From the human T2T-CHM13v2.0 reference genome, Homo sapiens: a stretch of DNA of 64,000 nt. The position numbers and the translations under genes were made by a program. The notes under the pieces were generated by a model. The model was not told where the DNA came from and ran no database searches. It saw only the letters and a list, made by a program, of their open reading frames with translations. Location: the NCBI RefSeq assembly GCF_009914755.1, contig NC_060928.1; one strand, written 5' to 3'. This document shows, piece after piece, positions 1-13,176 of this stretch (positions within the stretch are counted from its first letter, which is position 1; every line of letters begins with the position of its first letter).

Positions 1-307
1 AAAGGATCCTAAAAGCAGCAAGAGAAAAGAAAAAAATAATATACAATGGATGTCCAATACATGTGGCAGCAAATTTTTCAGTGAAAACTTTACAGGTCAG
101 GAGAGAGTGTCAAAACATATTTAATGTGCTCAATGAAAAAAAACCTTTTAACCTAGAAGAGTATACCTGGTTAAAATATTCCTCAAACATGAAGGGGAAA
201 TAAAGACTTTCCCAGACAAAAAAAAAGCTGTGGGATTACATCAACACCAGACCTGTTCTACAAGAAATGCTAAAGAGAGCACTACAATCAGAAAGAACGG
301 TTTATTA

Positions 308-653
<346 letters not shown>

Positions 654-1147
654 CGCATTATGTGAAGGTATAAAACTCACTGGAAATCAAGTTTGCAGAA
701 AAACACAGATTATTATAACACTATAATGGTGGTATGTAAACTACTTTTAGCCTAGGTAGAAAGACTAAAAGATGAACCAATCAAAAGTAGTAACTGCAAC
801 TTTTCAAGACATAGACAGTACAATAAGATATAAATAGAAATAACAAAATGCTAAAAAGCAGGAGGATGAAGTTAAAGTATACAGTTGGTATTAGCTTTCT
901 ATTTGCTAGTCAGTTTGTTTATGCAAGCAGTGTTAAGTTGTTAACAGCTTAAAATAATGGGTTATAAGATAGCATTTGCAAGCTCCATGGTAACCTCAAA
1001 TCAAAAAACATACAACATATACACAAAAAATATAAAGCAGGAAATTAAATCATACCACTGGATAAAATCACCTTTACTAAAAGGAAGACAGGAAGAAAGG
1101 AAATAAGTAAGAGAAGACCACAAAATTACCAGAAAACAAATAACAAA

Positions 1148-4100
1148 GTGGCAGGAGTGAGTTCTTACTTATCAATAATAACATTAAATGTAAATTGACT
1201 AAATGCTTCAATCAAAAGACGTAGAGTGGCCGAATAGGTAAGGCAAGATCTAATGATCTGTTGCCTACAAGAAACATACTTCACCTATGAAGAAACACAT
1301 AGATTAAAAATAAAGGAATGGAAAAAGATATTCCTATTTCGTGCCAATGAAAACCAAAAAAGAGCCAAAGTAGCTATACTTAAATCAGACAAAACAGATT
1401 TCAAGCCAAAAACTGTAGGATAAACAAGGAAAGTCATTATATAATGATAAAGGGATCAATTCAGCAAGATAATATAACAATTTTAATTATATATGCACCC
1501 AACATTGGAGAGCCCAGATAGCAAAGTAAATATTATTACAGCTAAATAAAGGTATAAACCCCAATGCAATAATAGCTGGAGACTTCAATACCCAACTTTT
1601 AGCATTGGATAGATCTTCCAGAGAGAAAATCAACAAAGAAACATCTGACTTAATCTGCACCATAGACCAAATGGACCTAGTGAATATTTACAGAATATTT
1701 CATCCAATGGCTGTAGAATGTGCATTCTTCTCCTTAGAGAAGAATGGATCATTCACAAGGATAGACCATATGTTAGGTCACCAAATAAGTCTCAAAATAT
1801 TCAAAATACTGAATACTCTCAAGCATCTTCTCTCACCACAATGGAATAGAACTAGAAATCAACAACCAAGATGAATTTTGGAAACTATACAACACATAAA
1901 AATTAAAAAATATGCCGCTGAATGACCAGTGAGTCAATGAAAAAATTAATAAAACTAAAAAAATTTCTTGAAACAAATGATAATGGAAACCTGATATATG
2001 AAACCCTGTCAGATACAGCAAAAGCAGTACTAAGAGGAAAGCTTATAGCTATGAGTGAGTGTGTACATCAAAAAATAAGAAAAACTTTAAATAAACAAAC
2101 TAATGATGCATCTTAAGGAACTAGGAAACCAAGACTGAAACAAACCCAAAATTAGTAGAAGAATAGAAATAATAACAATTAGTGCAGAGATAAATGAAAC
2201 TGAAATGAATAAAACAATATAAACTATTAATAAAATAAAAAGTTGTTTTTTGAAAAGATAAAATTGACAAACCTTTAGCCAGAAGAGTTAAAACCCAAAA
2301 ACTAAAATCAGAGATGAAAAAATGAGGCATTACAACTGATATGATATAAATTCAAAGGATTATTAGTGGCTAATTTGAGCAATTATATGCCAATATATTG
2401 GAAAATCTAGAAGAAATGGTTAAATTCCTAGACACATACAACCTACTAACTTTGATCCATGAAGACATCCAAAACCTGAACAGACCAAAAACAAGTAATG
2501 AGATTGAAGCTGTAATAAAATATCTCTCAGAGACAAAAAGTCAAGGTTCCAATGGCTTCACTGCTTAATTCTACCAAACATTTAAAGAAGATCTAATGCC
2601 TATCCTACTCAAATTATTATATAAAATAGAGGAGGAGGGATTACTTCCAAACTCATTCCACAAGGCCAGTATAACCCTGATACCAAAACCATATAAAAAG
2701 AGACATCGAAAAAAATAAAAATAGAGACCAGTATCACTGATGAATATATTGATGCAAAAGTCCTCAACAAAATATTAGCAAACAATTCAACAATACATTA
2801 AAAAGATCATTTATCATGACCAAGTGAGATTTATCACAGGGATACAAGGATATTTCAACATACACAAATTAATCAATGTGATGCATCGTATCAAGAGAAT
2901 GAAAGACAATATCCATATGATCATTTCAATTGATGTTGAAAAATCATTTGCTTGAATTCAGCATCACTTCATGATAAAAACATTAAAAATTTTGGTATGA
3001 AAGAACATCAGTCAACATAATAAAAGCCATATGTGATAGACTTTTAGCTGCTATCATATTGGATGAGGAAAGGTTGAAAGTCTTTCCTCTAAGATATGGA
3101 ATGCAAGGATGCCCACTTTCACCACTGTTATTCAACATAGTACTGGAATTCCTAGCTAAAGCAATTCAGACAAGAGAAAGATATAAAGGGTATCCAAATT
3201 GGAAAAGAAGAAGTCAAATTATCCTTGTTTGCAGATGATAAGATATTATATTTGGAAAAACCTGAAGACTTCACCAAAATACTATTAGAACCAATAAACA
3301 AATTTGGTAACGTTGCAGGATACAAAATCAATATACAAAAATCAGTAGCATTACTATATGCCAATAGCAAGCAAATTGGAAAAGAAATCAAGAAAGTAAT
3401 CCCATCTACAACAGCTACGAATGAAATAAAATACTAGGCAATTAACTTAACCAAGAAGGGAAGATGTCTACAATGAAAACTACAAAGTATTGATGCAAGA
3501 AATTGAAGAGGACACAGAAATAATGGAAAGACATTCATGTTCATGGATTGGAAGAATTAATATTGTTAAAATGTCTCTACTACCCAAAACAATCTGCAGA
3601 TTGAATGCAATCTTTATGAAAATACTGGTGATACTCTTCACAGAAATAGAAGAAACAATTCTAAAATTTATGTGGAACCACAAAAGACCTAGAACATCCA
3701 AAGCTATCCTAAGCAAAAGAAGAAAACTGGAGGAATCACGTTATATGACTTGAAATTATACTATAGAGTTATAGTAACCAAAATAGCACAGTACTGGCAT
3801 AAAAAGACACATGGACCAGTGGAATAGAATAGAGGACCCATAAATATATACATACATGTATTGTAAACTCATTTTTGACAAAGGTGCCACAAACATACAT
3901 TGGGGAAAGGACAGTCTATTCAATAAATGGTGCTGGAAAAACTGGATATTCATTTGTAAAAGAATGAAACTAGACCTCTGTCTCTCACCATATACAAAAA
4001 TGAAACCAAATTAAATTAAAAACTTAAATATGAGACCTCATACTATGAAACTACTAAAAGAAAACTGTGGGGAAATTCTCCCAGACATTGGACTGAGAAA

Positions 4101-4940
4101 AGATTTATTGAGTAATAACCCACAAGCACAGGCAACCAAAGCACAAATGGATAGATGGGATCATATCAAGTTAAAAAGCTTCTGCACAGCAAAAGAAACA
4201 ATCAAAAAAGTGAAGAGACAACCCACAGAATGGAAGAAAATACTTACAAACTACCCATAATAAACAGAATATATAAAAAGCTCAAACAACTCTACAGGAA
4301 AAAAATCTAATAACCCAATTAAAAATGGTCAAAAGATGTGAATAGTTATTTCACGAAAGAAGACATACAAGTAGCAAACAGGTATATAAAAAGGTGCTCA
4401 ACATCACTGGTCATCAGAGAAATGCAAATCAAAACTGCAATGAGATATCATCTCACCCTAGTTAAAATGGCTTATATCCAAAAGACAATAAATAACAAAC
4501 ACTGGTTGAGGATGTGGAGAAAAGGGAACACTCGTACACTGTTTGTGGGAATGTACATTAATACAACCATTACGGAGAACAGTTTAGAGATTCCTCAGAA
4601 TCTAAAAATAGAGCTACTATGCAATCCAGCAATCCCACCCCTTGGTATATACCCAAAAGAAAATAAATCAGTATATCAAAGAAATATGTGTACTCCCATG
4701 TTTACTGCAGCACTATTCACAATATCCAAGATTTGGAAGCAATCTAAGTGTCCATCAACAGACGAATGGATAAAGAAAGTGTGGTGCATATACACAATGG
4801 AATACTATTCAGCTGTGAAAAAGAATGAGATCTTGTCATTTGCAACAACATGGATGGAACTGGAGGTCGTTATGTTAATTGAAATAAGCCAGGCACAGAT
4901 AGACACATTTTGCATGTTCTCACTTATTTATGGGAGCTAA
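1148..4940 (+). pseudogene. Disrupted L1 ORF2 (endonuclease/reverse transcriptase)
   Basis: Starts GTGGCAGGAGTGAGTTCTTACTTATCAATAATAACATTAAATGTAAAT (MAGVSPYLSIITLNVNGLN-like, ATG lost); broken into short ORFs by stops and frameshifts. Confidence 0.9.
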
Positions 4941-5849
4941 AAATTAAAACAGTTGAACTCATGGAGGAGCTAGAGAGTAGAATGATGGTTACCAGAGGCT
5001 AGGAAAGGTAGTGAGCAGGTCAGGAGAAATGGAAATGGGGAAGGGATGCAAAAAAATTAGAAAGGATAAATAAGACCTAGTATTAGCTAGCACGACATGG
5101 TGACTATAGTGAAAATAGTTTAATTGTACATTTAAAAATAACTAAAAGTATAATTGGACTGTTTGTAACACAAGAGATAGGTGCTAGAGGTGATGAATAT
5201 TTTGATGTGATTATTTGAATTTTCATGTGATTATTACACATTGCATACCTGTATCAAAATATCTCATGTAATCCATAAATATATACATCTTCTACGTACC
5301 TACAAAAATTAAAAATTAATAACAGAGGAAGCTTTGAGTGGGGCACAAATGAGGCGGTAAATGGAAACTGATTTATCTTCAATTTATCCGTGAACCTTAA
5401 ACTGACATAAAGAAGAAAGTATCTTAACAAAAAACACAACGAAATATGAAACATGTGGGTGGTGTTAAATTTAATAAAAAATTTTACAGGTTCCCAATTT
5501 TACATCTTTGTTCCTAATGGGTATGGACAGCAGTGTCTTGGCTTTCCAGTACTAACTGCCAATGTATGTGATTAAATCCTCCCTCCATTCTATGTGATAT
5601 TCCCTAGTTAAGTATTTTACCTTTTGGAAATCTCTCAGTTTTGTCTGCTAAACAAGACTCCTGCCCCTCCTTAATGTTTTTATACATATTTATGTATTAT
5701 TTGCTGTTCAACATTTATGTCAAAGGGTCAATGTATGAAATATATGTAACATTGTGACTCAGTATTCACAAGCACACATGCATGCACATGCTCAAATGAA
5801 ACACAAGTCTGTCAACACAATGTTTAATCCTATTCTGATGCTTTCTATT

Positions 5850-5970
5850 CTATTGCATCATAATCTTGTAGCTCTTATTCTATTTCTTACTGTGAAAATG
5901 CTGGTCCTAGAGGTAGACCGAATTGATTTCAAAATCCACTGAAAGTCATGACCAAGTATATAAAAACTGT
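5850..5970. mobile_element. Degenerate hAT-Charlie terminal fragment
   Basis: AAAATGCTGGTC...AATTGATTTCAAAATCCACTG...AAAAACTG resembles Charlie4/MER113-type ends. Confidence 0.4.
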
Positions 5971-6019
5971 ATTATATAAAAAGAGCATTAATTTTGAAAA
6001 GTTTACTGCCGAGATATTA

Positions 6020-6343
6020 CAGTCGTCTCTTGAGATCTATGGGGGATTTGTTCCAGGGTCCCCGGTGGATAACAAAATCTCCGTATGCTCAAGTCCCTTA
6101 AATAAAATGGCATAGTATTTGCATATAACCCGCACATTTCCTCCCATATACTTTAAATAATCTCTAATTTATTTATAATAACTAATGCAGTGTTTACACA
6201 TCATTGCGTAGATTTGACATAGTAATCAGAGAGCTATGAATTCAAGTTTTGCATAACCTCCTGGGATTTGTTTTCTGAGTATGTTTGATTTGAGACTGGT
6301 TGAATACATGGAAGTGTAACTCAGGGATATATAGGGCCAACTC
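6020..6343 (+). mobile_element. MER2/MER2B (TcMar-Tigger) DNA transposon
   Basis: CAGTCGTCTCT...GCTCAAGTCCCTTAAATAAAATGGCATAGTATTTGCATATAACC...GGGCCAACTC; degenerate TIRs flanked by TA on both sides. Confidence 0.85.
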
Positions 6344-6419
6344 TATTTCCATACCTCTAATCTCATTCTCTAAATTAGAGTAAGTTTTCTTTAGAAACTC
6401 TTCTCTTGAATGAACCTAA

Positions 6420-7200
6420 CAGTCTCATTCCCAAATCTCTCCTTAAACTTTCTGCACATTGGACACTGCTGACTTCATATCCTTTTTATTAATGTTTTTC
6501 CTTCTCATCCCATTGTAATTGTCATGTTTGATTGTTCTGCTTTAACTCAACCCAAAACTTTCTGGCACCTTATGCTCCCATTTTTTTTACATGGAGGCAT
6601 AAACAATCTTATCATTAATCCCTCTGTTAATTGAAATTCTAGCTCTTTTCCTTAAAGAGTCCATCTACATTCACAGTGCTAAATATCACACTAACATTGT
6701 AGCTGTAAAATGTTTGATTCTTGCCCTAATGTTTCCTTGGAGTTTCATCTTCACATTCTACTTATTTGACATTTTCTTGTTAATGACCATATGTAATTTC
6801 AAATTCTCCCTGTATTAAGTCAAATAAATGTCTTTGCCTCAAAACAAATGGTTTCATCTTACTTCCCTGTTTATCTACCATTATAAATCCTCAAGTTAGA
6901 CATTGCTAAATAAAGTTGACTTTTTTCCTTCTCTTTTCTCCAAGTAAGCAATCAGGACATTTAGTTTGCTGTTTTTCAGGATATTTCTCAATCAATTTTT
7001 TCCAATTCCCACTGCCACTTTCTTGCCTATTAACTCATTATTCTATGCCTGGATTGCTGAACTGGTTTTCTGAATAGTCTTCTGACTTTCAATTGTTTTC
7101 ATTACTATTTGTAATTCAGACAGCATCTAGACCAATCTCTAATAACAGATTAGTCTAGCAAGCTTCTTAAATGTATCAGTTGTCCATTGCTAAGATAGTC
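6420..7200 (+). mobile_element. Highly diverged L2 fragments
   Basis: TTCCCACTGCCACT...CTATGCCTGGATTGCTG...TAGTCTTCTG resembles the L2 consensus; boundaries vague. Confidence 0.45.
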
Positions 7201-7957
7201 TTAGAATTGAACTGAATCAAACCTTTCACAAATATTTCAAACGCATTCTTAAAGCCATCATGAAATGTATGATATTTTTATTCTGAAATGTTCACCCTAT
7301 TCTTGAAAAACTACAAATATGAAAAAAAGTGTTTTTAATCAAATTTAAATACAGATTATCTATTTTTATTTTCTCATATTTAGGTTTTCTTTTTCAATCA
7401 ACAGACATGTTTTCCCTCCTAGTTTAGTTCACCAGATTTCATTATTCCTTTTAGACTGTGTTGCAAGCATTATTATCAACATGTCTTCCATTCTAAATGC
7501 AAATCGACATACCTTACGTTTAAGATGAATTCTTTGTTTACACTTGTACTTCTGTATTCTAATTTTGCCACCTTAATTAATCTGAAATTACTGACTTAGG
7601 AGTTGATTTGAATCTTTTTCTTGTCAGATAAGCAATTTGGTGAACATGAGTAGGTTAATAAATATGTAAAATGCAAACATAACCAATTTTAAAAATCAAA
7701 ATTATATTTTTTATAAATGGATAGCAAAACTGAAAATTGTGTAGCTAAGCAACACATGTTTAAGTAAAGATCATAATATTCTATGGACTTCATACAGAAA
7801 TTGCCATGAACATTTTATGCACTTTAGCAGTTTCTTTTTTAAATGATGAGACACTTCTTTTGGAAGTTAACCTTCAAGAAACTGCATTGAATATAGCTAA
7901 ATGAGAATGTATTGTAACTTATCATAAATAGCATTACTTCATAAGACAACATACTGC

Positions 7958-8814
7958 TGATATAGTTTGGATATTTTTCCCCTCCAAATCTCATGTTGAA
8001 ATTTGGTCCCCCTAGCCTGGGCAACAAAGTGAGACTCTGACTCCACAAAAAAAAAAAAATACAAAAAATTAGCCAGGCATGGTGGCACAAGCCTGTAGTC
8101 CCAGCTACTCTGGAGGCTGAGCTGAGAGGATCACTTGAGCCCCTGGAGGTCAAGGCTGCAGTGATCTCTGATTTCACCATTGCATTCCAGCCTGGGTGAC
8201 AGAAGAAGACTCTGTCTCAAACAAACAAACAAAAAAAGAAATTAAAGATTTTCCTAAATGTAAAATTGATAATGCTCATTGTAGAAAGTTTGCAAAACAA
8301 AAGAATTTTTTTAATTAAAAGTAGGCTACAATCACAGCACTCACAGGTGATCACTGTTAACTTTCTGATGTGTTTTCTTTCAGATATATAGTCAGTTATT
8401 TAAGTTAATACATTTGGAATGTTGTAAAGAAAAAAAGAAAAAGAAATTTGGTCCTCAATCTTGGAGGTGGAGCCTAAAGGGAGGTATTTTGGCCATGGAG
8501 GGAGAGCCCTAATGAATGGCTTGGTGTCATCCTCATGATAAGGAGTGAGTTCTTACTCTATTAGTTCACGATGGAACTGGTTGTTTAAAAAACCTGGCAC
8601 CTCTTGCCTCTTTCTCCTCCCTCCTCTCTTGCCGTGTGATAGCTGCTCCCGTTCCCCTTCTGCCATGAGTGGATGCTTCCTGAAGCCCTCACCAGAAGCA
8701 GACGCTGGTGCTGTGATTCTTGAAAAGCCTGCAGAACCCTTAGCCAAATAAACGTATTTTCTTTATAAATTACCCAACCTTGGATATTTCTTTATAGTAA
8801 TGCAAACAAAGGCA
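7958..8814 (+). mobile_element. MSTB-type MaLR solo LTR interrupted by a retro-insert
   Basis: TGATATAGTTTGGATATTT start; GAAGCCCTCACCAGAAGCAGA and AATAAA near the end; ends CA; TSD ACTGC/GCTGC. Confidence 0.9.
8012..8241 (+). mobile_element. 5'-truncated AluJ, part of composite insert 8012-8442
   Basis: Begins mid left arm (AGCCTGGGCAACA); J-type GGATCACTTGAGCCC and GAGGTCAAGGCTGCAGTGA; (AAAC)n/A tail. Confidence 0.92.
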
Positions 8815-10246
8815 GCTGCCCAGAAATGTCATTTCTGAAAAATAAAAATTGGCCTTATCAAATATTTAAGAAATAATATGTCTTTTCAGCAATGAAATTC
8901 TTTTAAGCTTCACGGTTTTGTAATACTAAATGTGGGATAAGATAAATGCATTAAGATAAAGGCAAATGCATTTATCTTAATAATATTTAAATAGGGAAAT
9001 AATTTCATAAACCTATAATTACTTGATAAATATATGGATTATTATCATTAAATATAATTTTGCAGGGAACCAAAATAATCTAAGTAAAATATAACCCTTA
9101 TATCCTCTCGCTTACATTCTAACAAGAGCTAAATTTTCAGTGGGATGGCATAGTTCAGGGATGGCATAGAACAAAGAGTGGAGATCAACTACATAGGAAA
9201 GAAGTAGACTAGGTAAGTTTCTTGCAGAGAGGAATAAGAATTGGAGGCAGCCAGACAGCATCAGGGAGCTCCAGGTTGAGAAACAGGTAGATATTTTATT
9301 TAAGTGAGTATTGCATAGAGAAGGAGGCCTGCTGAAAGACAGTGTTCCCTTAATGAAATGCCAGAAGGGCAAAAGAGATCCAGGCACCAGGATTATCTTT
9401 AAGAGTGACAGCATGACTGAACCCTGAAAAAGAAACTCAGTAGGAAGAAAGGATCTACAATGGAGCATGAGGATCAATAGTTTCTTATTGCCAGCCGTGT
9501 GCTAAACATTGGCCTAAGTATTTTGAAAAAGTCATTGCAGTTAGTTAAAAATGCAAGGATTTATGTTTTTGTAGTATTTAAAACTAAAAAATAATAATTA
9601 AAGCTCACACAGAAAAATGATAGTGTGAATATATTCTATCTTTTTCTTGTTTCCCCTCTGTTCACCGCCAGCAGGTGGGACCAAGCTGTCACTGCAGCAA
9701 CCCAGAGCTCTCCAGGACTGAGGCTGTGGGCTCCTTGGATGTCTCTCAGCAGAGCCTCTTTCTTCCTTCCATTTTCCTTCAATTTTTCCTGACTTGTAAA
9801 TAAACAACGGAGGGGCTGTGGAGTGCATGCCACTTCCTAGTTGCAATTCCTCCTTTAACTTGTGCACCTTATTACTGGCCACCAGCAGAGCCTCTGCTGT
9901 CAGGGTAGCTGCCCACAAAAGGAGCCAGTCTGTCTCCACCACTAAGAACCCGGCTTCCTTGCTGATCATTTGCAATTTTATACCCTCTGTCAGGCTACAC
10001 AAGCCTGCTGGATTCTGGAGCTTTTGGGGTATCTCAGCACTCCGGGGCAGTCTGCAAGCAACAAGCAAGGGGGCAGCAGAGCCCCACGTAGACTCCTGAG
10101 GCCATCGCTGGATCTCCCTGCCAGTTTCATTTTCCCAGCCCATTTCCTTGGAATCCTGCTGCCCACGCGATTGCTTCATCCCATAGACTGTGCAGCAGGA
10201 GTGCACAAAACTGAAACTCAGAGGCAGAGAAATTATCACAAGGGAG

Positions 10247-10639
10247 TGTCCCAAACAGAACTGAGATGGGGAGGTTGGGATTCCAAAGAAAGAAGCACTA
10301 AATGCCAGGGTGATCAGTCCAAACAAAGCATTTATTAAGAGCACTTATGTGGAGAGTGGCTGCAGCAATGCTCCTGACAGACGGGGGGAAAAAGGATGTT
10401 CTCCCTAGGTATGTCCACAGTAAGGGGGTCACAGTATGGAGTTTACATGAGGGCTTAAGGAATTTGGCTCAGGGATGGGGCCAGTTTCTCTCTACTAAGC
10501 CTAGATTTCTTTGTTAGTGCTTGAAGATGTTCAAGACTGCTGAAAAAACCTGCAGCTGGCTGGGTCACAGAGTGGTTATGACACTGTGATTCTTTGTCAG
10601 GACACAGAAAGAAAGTGGAGGGATCTGGGAGGACTTATA
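10247..10639 (-). mobile_element. Solo LTR, LTR47-like (ERVL); subfamily tentative
   Basis: Minus strand begins TATAAGTCCTCCCAGATCCCTCCACTTTCTTTCTGTGTCCTGAC...CACTCTGTGACCCAGCCAGCTGCAGG; AATAAA on minus at 10331-10336; ends CA. Confidence 0.6.
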
Positions 10640-10740
10640 TCTTCATAACCATTCTTCTCTTAAATTAAGGCATGAGATTTATTGCCAGAGACAGTAGAGG
10701 GTCTCTGTATCAGGGCATTATATACTCTATGACAGACAAT

Positions 10741-11053
10741 TTTTATTTTTTATTTTATTTATTTATTTTTTGAGACGGAGTCTCACTCTCTTGCTCAGAC
10801 TGGAGTGCAATGGCGCGATCTCAGCTCGCTGCTGCCTCTCCCTCCCAGGTTCAAGTAATTCTCGTACTTCAGCCTCCGGGGGAGCTGGGATTATAGGTGG
10901 GTGCCACCACGCCTGGCTAATTTTTGTATTTTTAGTAGAGAAGGGATTGCGCTATGTTGGCCAGACTACTCTAAACCTCCTGACCACAAGTGATCTGCCC
11001 ACCTCAGCCTCCCAAAGTACTGGGATTACAGACTTGAGCCTCCAGGCCCTGCC
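10741..11053 (-). mobile_element. AluS
   Basis: Full reverse Alu with (TTTA)n tail; TSD ATGACAGACAATT/ATGGCAGACAATT. Confidence 0.95.
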
Positions 11054-11086
11054 AATGGCAGACAATTCTTTTGAGTTCTATCTACA

Positions 11087-11190
11087 GCAGAGCTGCTCAA
11101 TAAGACTATCTACAGTTGTGTAAACTTTAATTTTAAGTATTTCTAATTTAGTCACATCTGGCTAGTGGTCACTGTATTGGAGGGCACAGC
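11087..11190. mobile_element. MER3/MER33-like hAT remnant
   Basis: CAGAGCTGCTCAATA ... GTCACATCTGGCTAGTGGTCACTGTATTGGAGGGCACAG terminal motifs. Confidence 0.5.
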
Positions 11191-11649
11191 ATCGTATACA
11201 GAAGGTTTTCCTGTCCGCTGTTAAAGTTTAGACACGAAATTGGTATCATGAAAAAGGTTAATACGACATTGAGGAAGCAAAAGGAAAACTTACTAATTCT
11301 GAAACTAGAGACATTTTGATGGAAGAAGAAAATAAATCTCCCTCACTAGATTTGGTCTAAAGAGGGATGTATATTACATAAATATGGGAAGCTTTGTATA
11401 GAAATCCTTTGTACCCCAAATCTAATAAGTGTACCTTTGATGTCGTCCTCAGATCATATGTGGTAGAACTATAGCAAAATAATATTAGTAGTAATATTTG
11501 GTCCCTGTGATTTCCCTCAGATATTTTAATATGGTCATTTGGAAAGCACGTATCTTGAAAGTCTCAGACAGGACTAGGCTTAACATGTGGGGTGATGTAA
11601 ATTGTTAGTGGCGGCTCAACGTGCTTCACCTAGGTGAAGATTTCTGATG

Positions 11650-11730
11650 AGGGACACTACTGATACTTTGGGCTGGACATTATTTATTTTATGGAACTGC
11701 TCCTGTGCATAAATGTTATTTAACACCATA
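11650..11730 (-). mobile_element. MER20 fragment
   Basis: CACTACTGATACTTTGGGCTGGAC...CTCCTGTGCAT matches reverse MER20. Confidence 0.55.
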
Positions 11731-12131
11731 TTTTTAGGGACTAAATTCATATGTACAAATGTATATATATGAATATACCAATGTTCTGTTCAATCCAGAA
11801 AAAAGCTAGGTAAGAAATTACCAACTTTGGCATCAAGTGCCAGCACATTGCCCAGCAACAAAGATGTACCAGAGGACACAGTCAGCTACCATCACAAGTT
11901 AATTTAGCCTACCTACATTTAGACTCTCTACTCTCATATACCAAGACACAATATTTTAGAAAGATGGAGAGAGTAGATGGAAATAATAACAAATATTTTT
12001 TTCCCTTGACAACACAGAGCATTTTCTCAATTTAAACAGAAAGAACTAAAACCTCATATTTCTACTACCCAGCAAGTAAGAGCTCATGAATAAGATAAAA
12101 TTAGTTATTTTATTATCTATATAATCTAGAT

Positions 12132-12340
12132 CAGATGCCAGCAAACTATAGCTTGAGTGTCATATCTGGCCCACTGCCTATTTGTGTAAATAAAGTTTTA
12201 TTGAAACACAACCCAAATCATTTGTTCATATATTATGTATAGCTGCATTTGTGCTATAAAAGCAGAGTTAAGCAGTTGAAAAAGGGACTGTAGAGCCCAC
12301 AAAAATCTAAAATATTTATCATCTGGCCTTTTGCAGAAAA
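12132..12340 (+). mobile_element. MER58A (hAT-Charlie)
   Basis: CAGCAAACTATAGC...GTAAATAAAGTTTTATTGAAACACA...AAAATATTTATCATCTGGCCTTTTGCAGAAAA. Confidence 0.85.
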
Positions 12341-12344
12341 ATTA

Positions 12345-12712
12345 AATTATACTGCATTACAACTAGCCCACAAATATCAGTAGCTTAATGCAATACCACT
12401 CTACATCTTGCTAATGCTTCATGTCTAGTACAGATTGATGGGATTTATGTTCCAAACCACTGATCAAAAATCTAAGCTGATGGAGCTCAAGCCTCACGGT
12501 ATATAACCCATGATCATCTTGAATGACACAATAGAGAAAGAAAGAGCTGGAGGGTTGCATAATGAGTCTTCAATATTTCTGGTTGGAAATGACATAATGC
12601 ACTTTCATTCACAATCCATTCCCCAGAACTAAACACAGAATCTGCCTAACTATAAAGGGAATAGGAAACGTTGACGAGCTTATGAATATTCAGAGAATAG
12701 TAAATGGCTCTG
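12345..12712 (-). mobile_element. Old MLT1 (J/K/L-like) MaLR LTR
   Basis: ATCAGTAGCTTAATGCAA...GGAAATGACA...CACAATCCATT...CAGAACT...CCTAACTATAAAGGGA motifs. Confidence 0.55.
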
Positions 12713-12982
12713 TAAAAGTTATAAAAAAAAAATCGAAGCTATATTTTTCTACTCCTCTATTTGATATGGAATAAATTTCAGTCCTGACTGCATGTCATAT
12801 TCTGAGATATTTTTCAACTTTATTGTATTAGATTTTTATATCTTTTTTAATTGGAAGGTTATTTGTTTTATATATTTTATATAAATCATATATACCTTAT
12901 ATAAGATACACTACATATTTATTTATGAACTAGATATGTAGATATATAATAGATATTTGTATATATGTGAATGTATAAAAAA

Positions 12983-13176
12983 TTTTTTTGAGACAGGGTC
13001 TTATTTTTTCACCTCAGTTAGAGTCGAGTAGCAATCATGGCTCACTGAAGGCAAGACCTTCTAGCCTCAAACTATCCTCCGGCCTCAGCCTGCTGAGTAG
13101 CTGGAACTATAGGTATGTGCCAGCATACCCAGCAAATTTTTATTTTATTTTATTTTACTTTTTGTAGAAACAGGGA
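12983..13176 (-). mobile_element. 5'-truncated AluJ
   Basis: TTTTTGAGACAGGGTCT...ATCATGGCTCACTG...CCTCAGCCT...TTTTTGTAGAAACAGGG. Confidence 0.85.

Noticed and set aside
4338-4940. 200-aa ORF
   Set aside because: Remnant of L1 ORF2 C-terminal region within a heavily disrupted element
9598-10344. Longest ORF (248 aa, minus strand)
   Set aside because: GTG start lies inside an LTR beside its poly(A) signal, no recognisable domain, and overlapping ORFs in other frames suggest GC-driven stop scarcity
10770-11123. Alu-derived ORFs (also 305, 7839, 16270, 36418, 50807, 58361, 61075)
   Set aside because: Typical antisense-Alu translations ([14 protein letters not shown]), not genes
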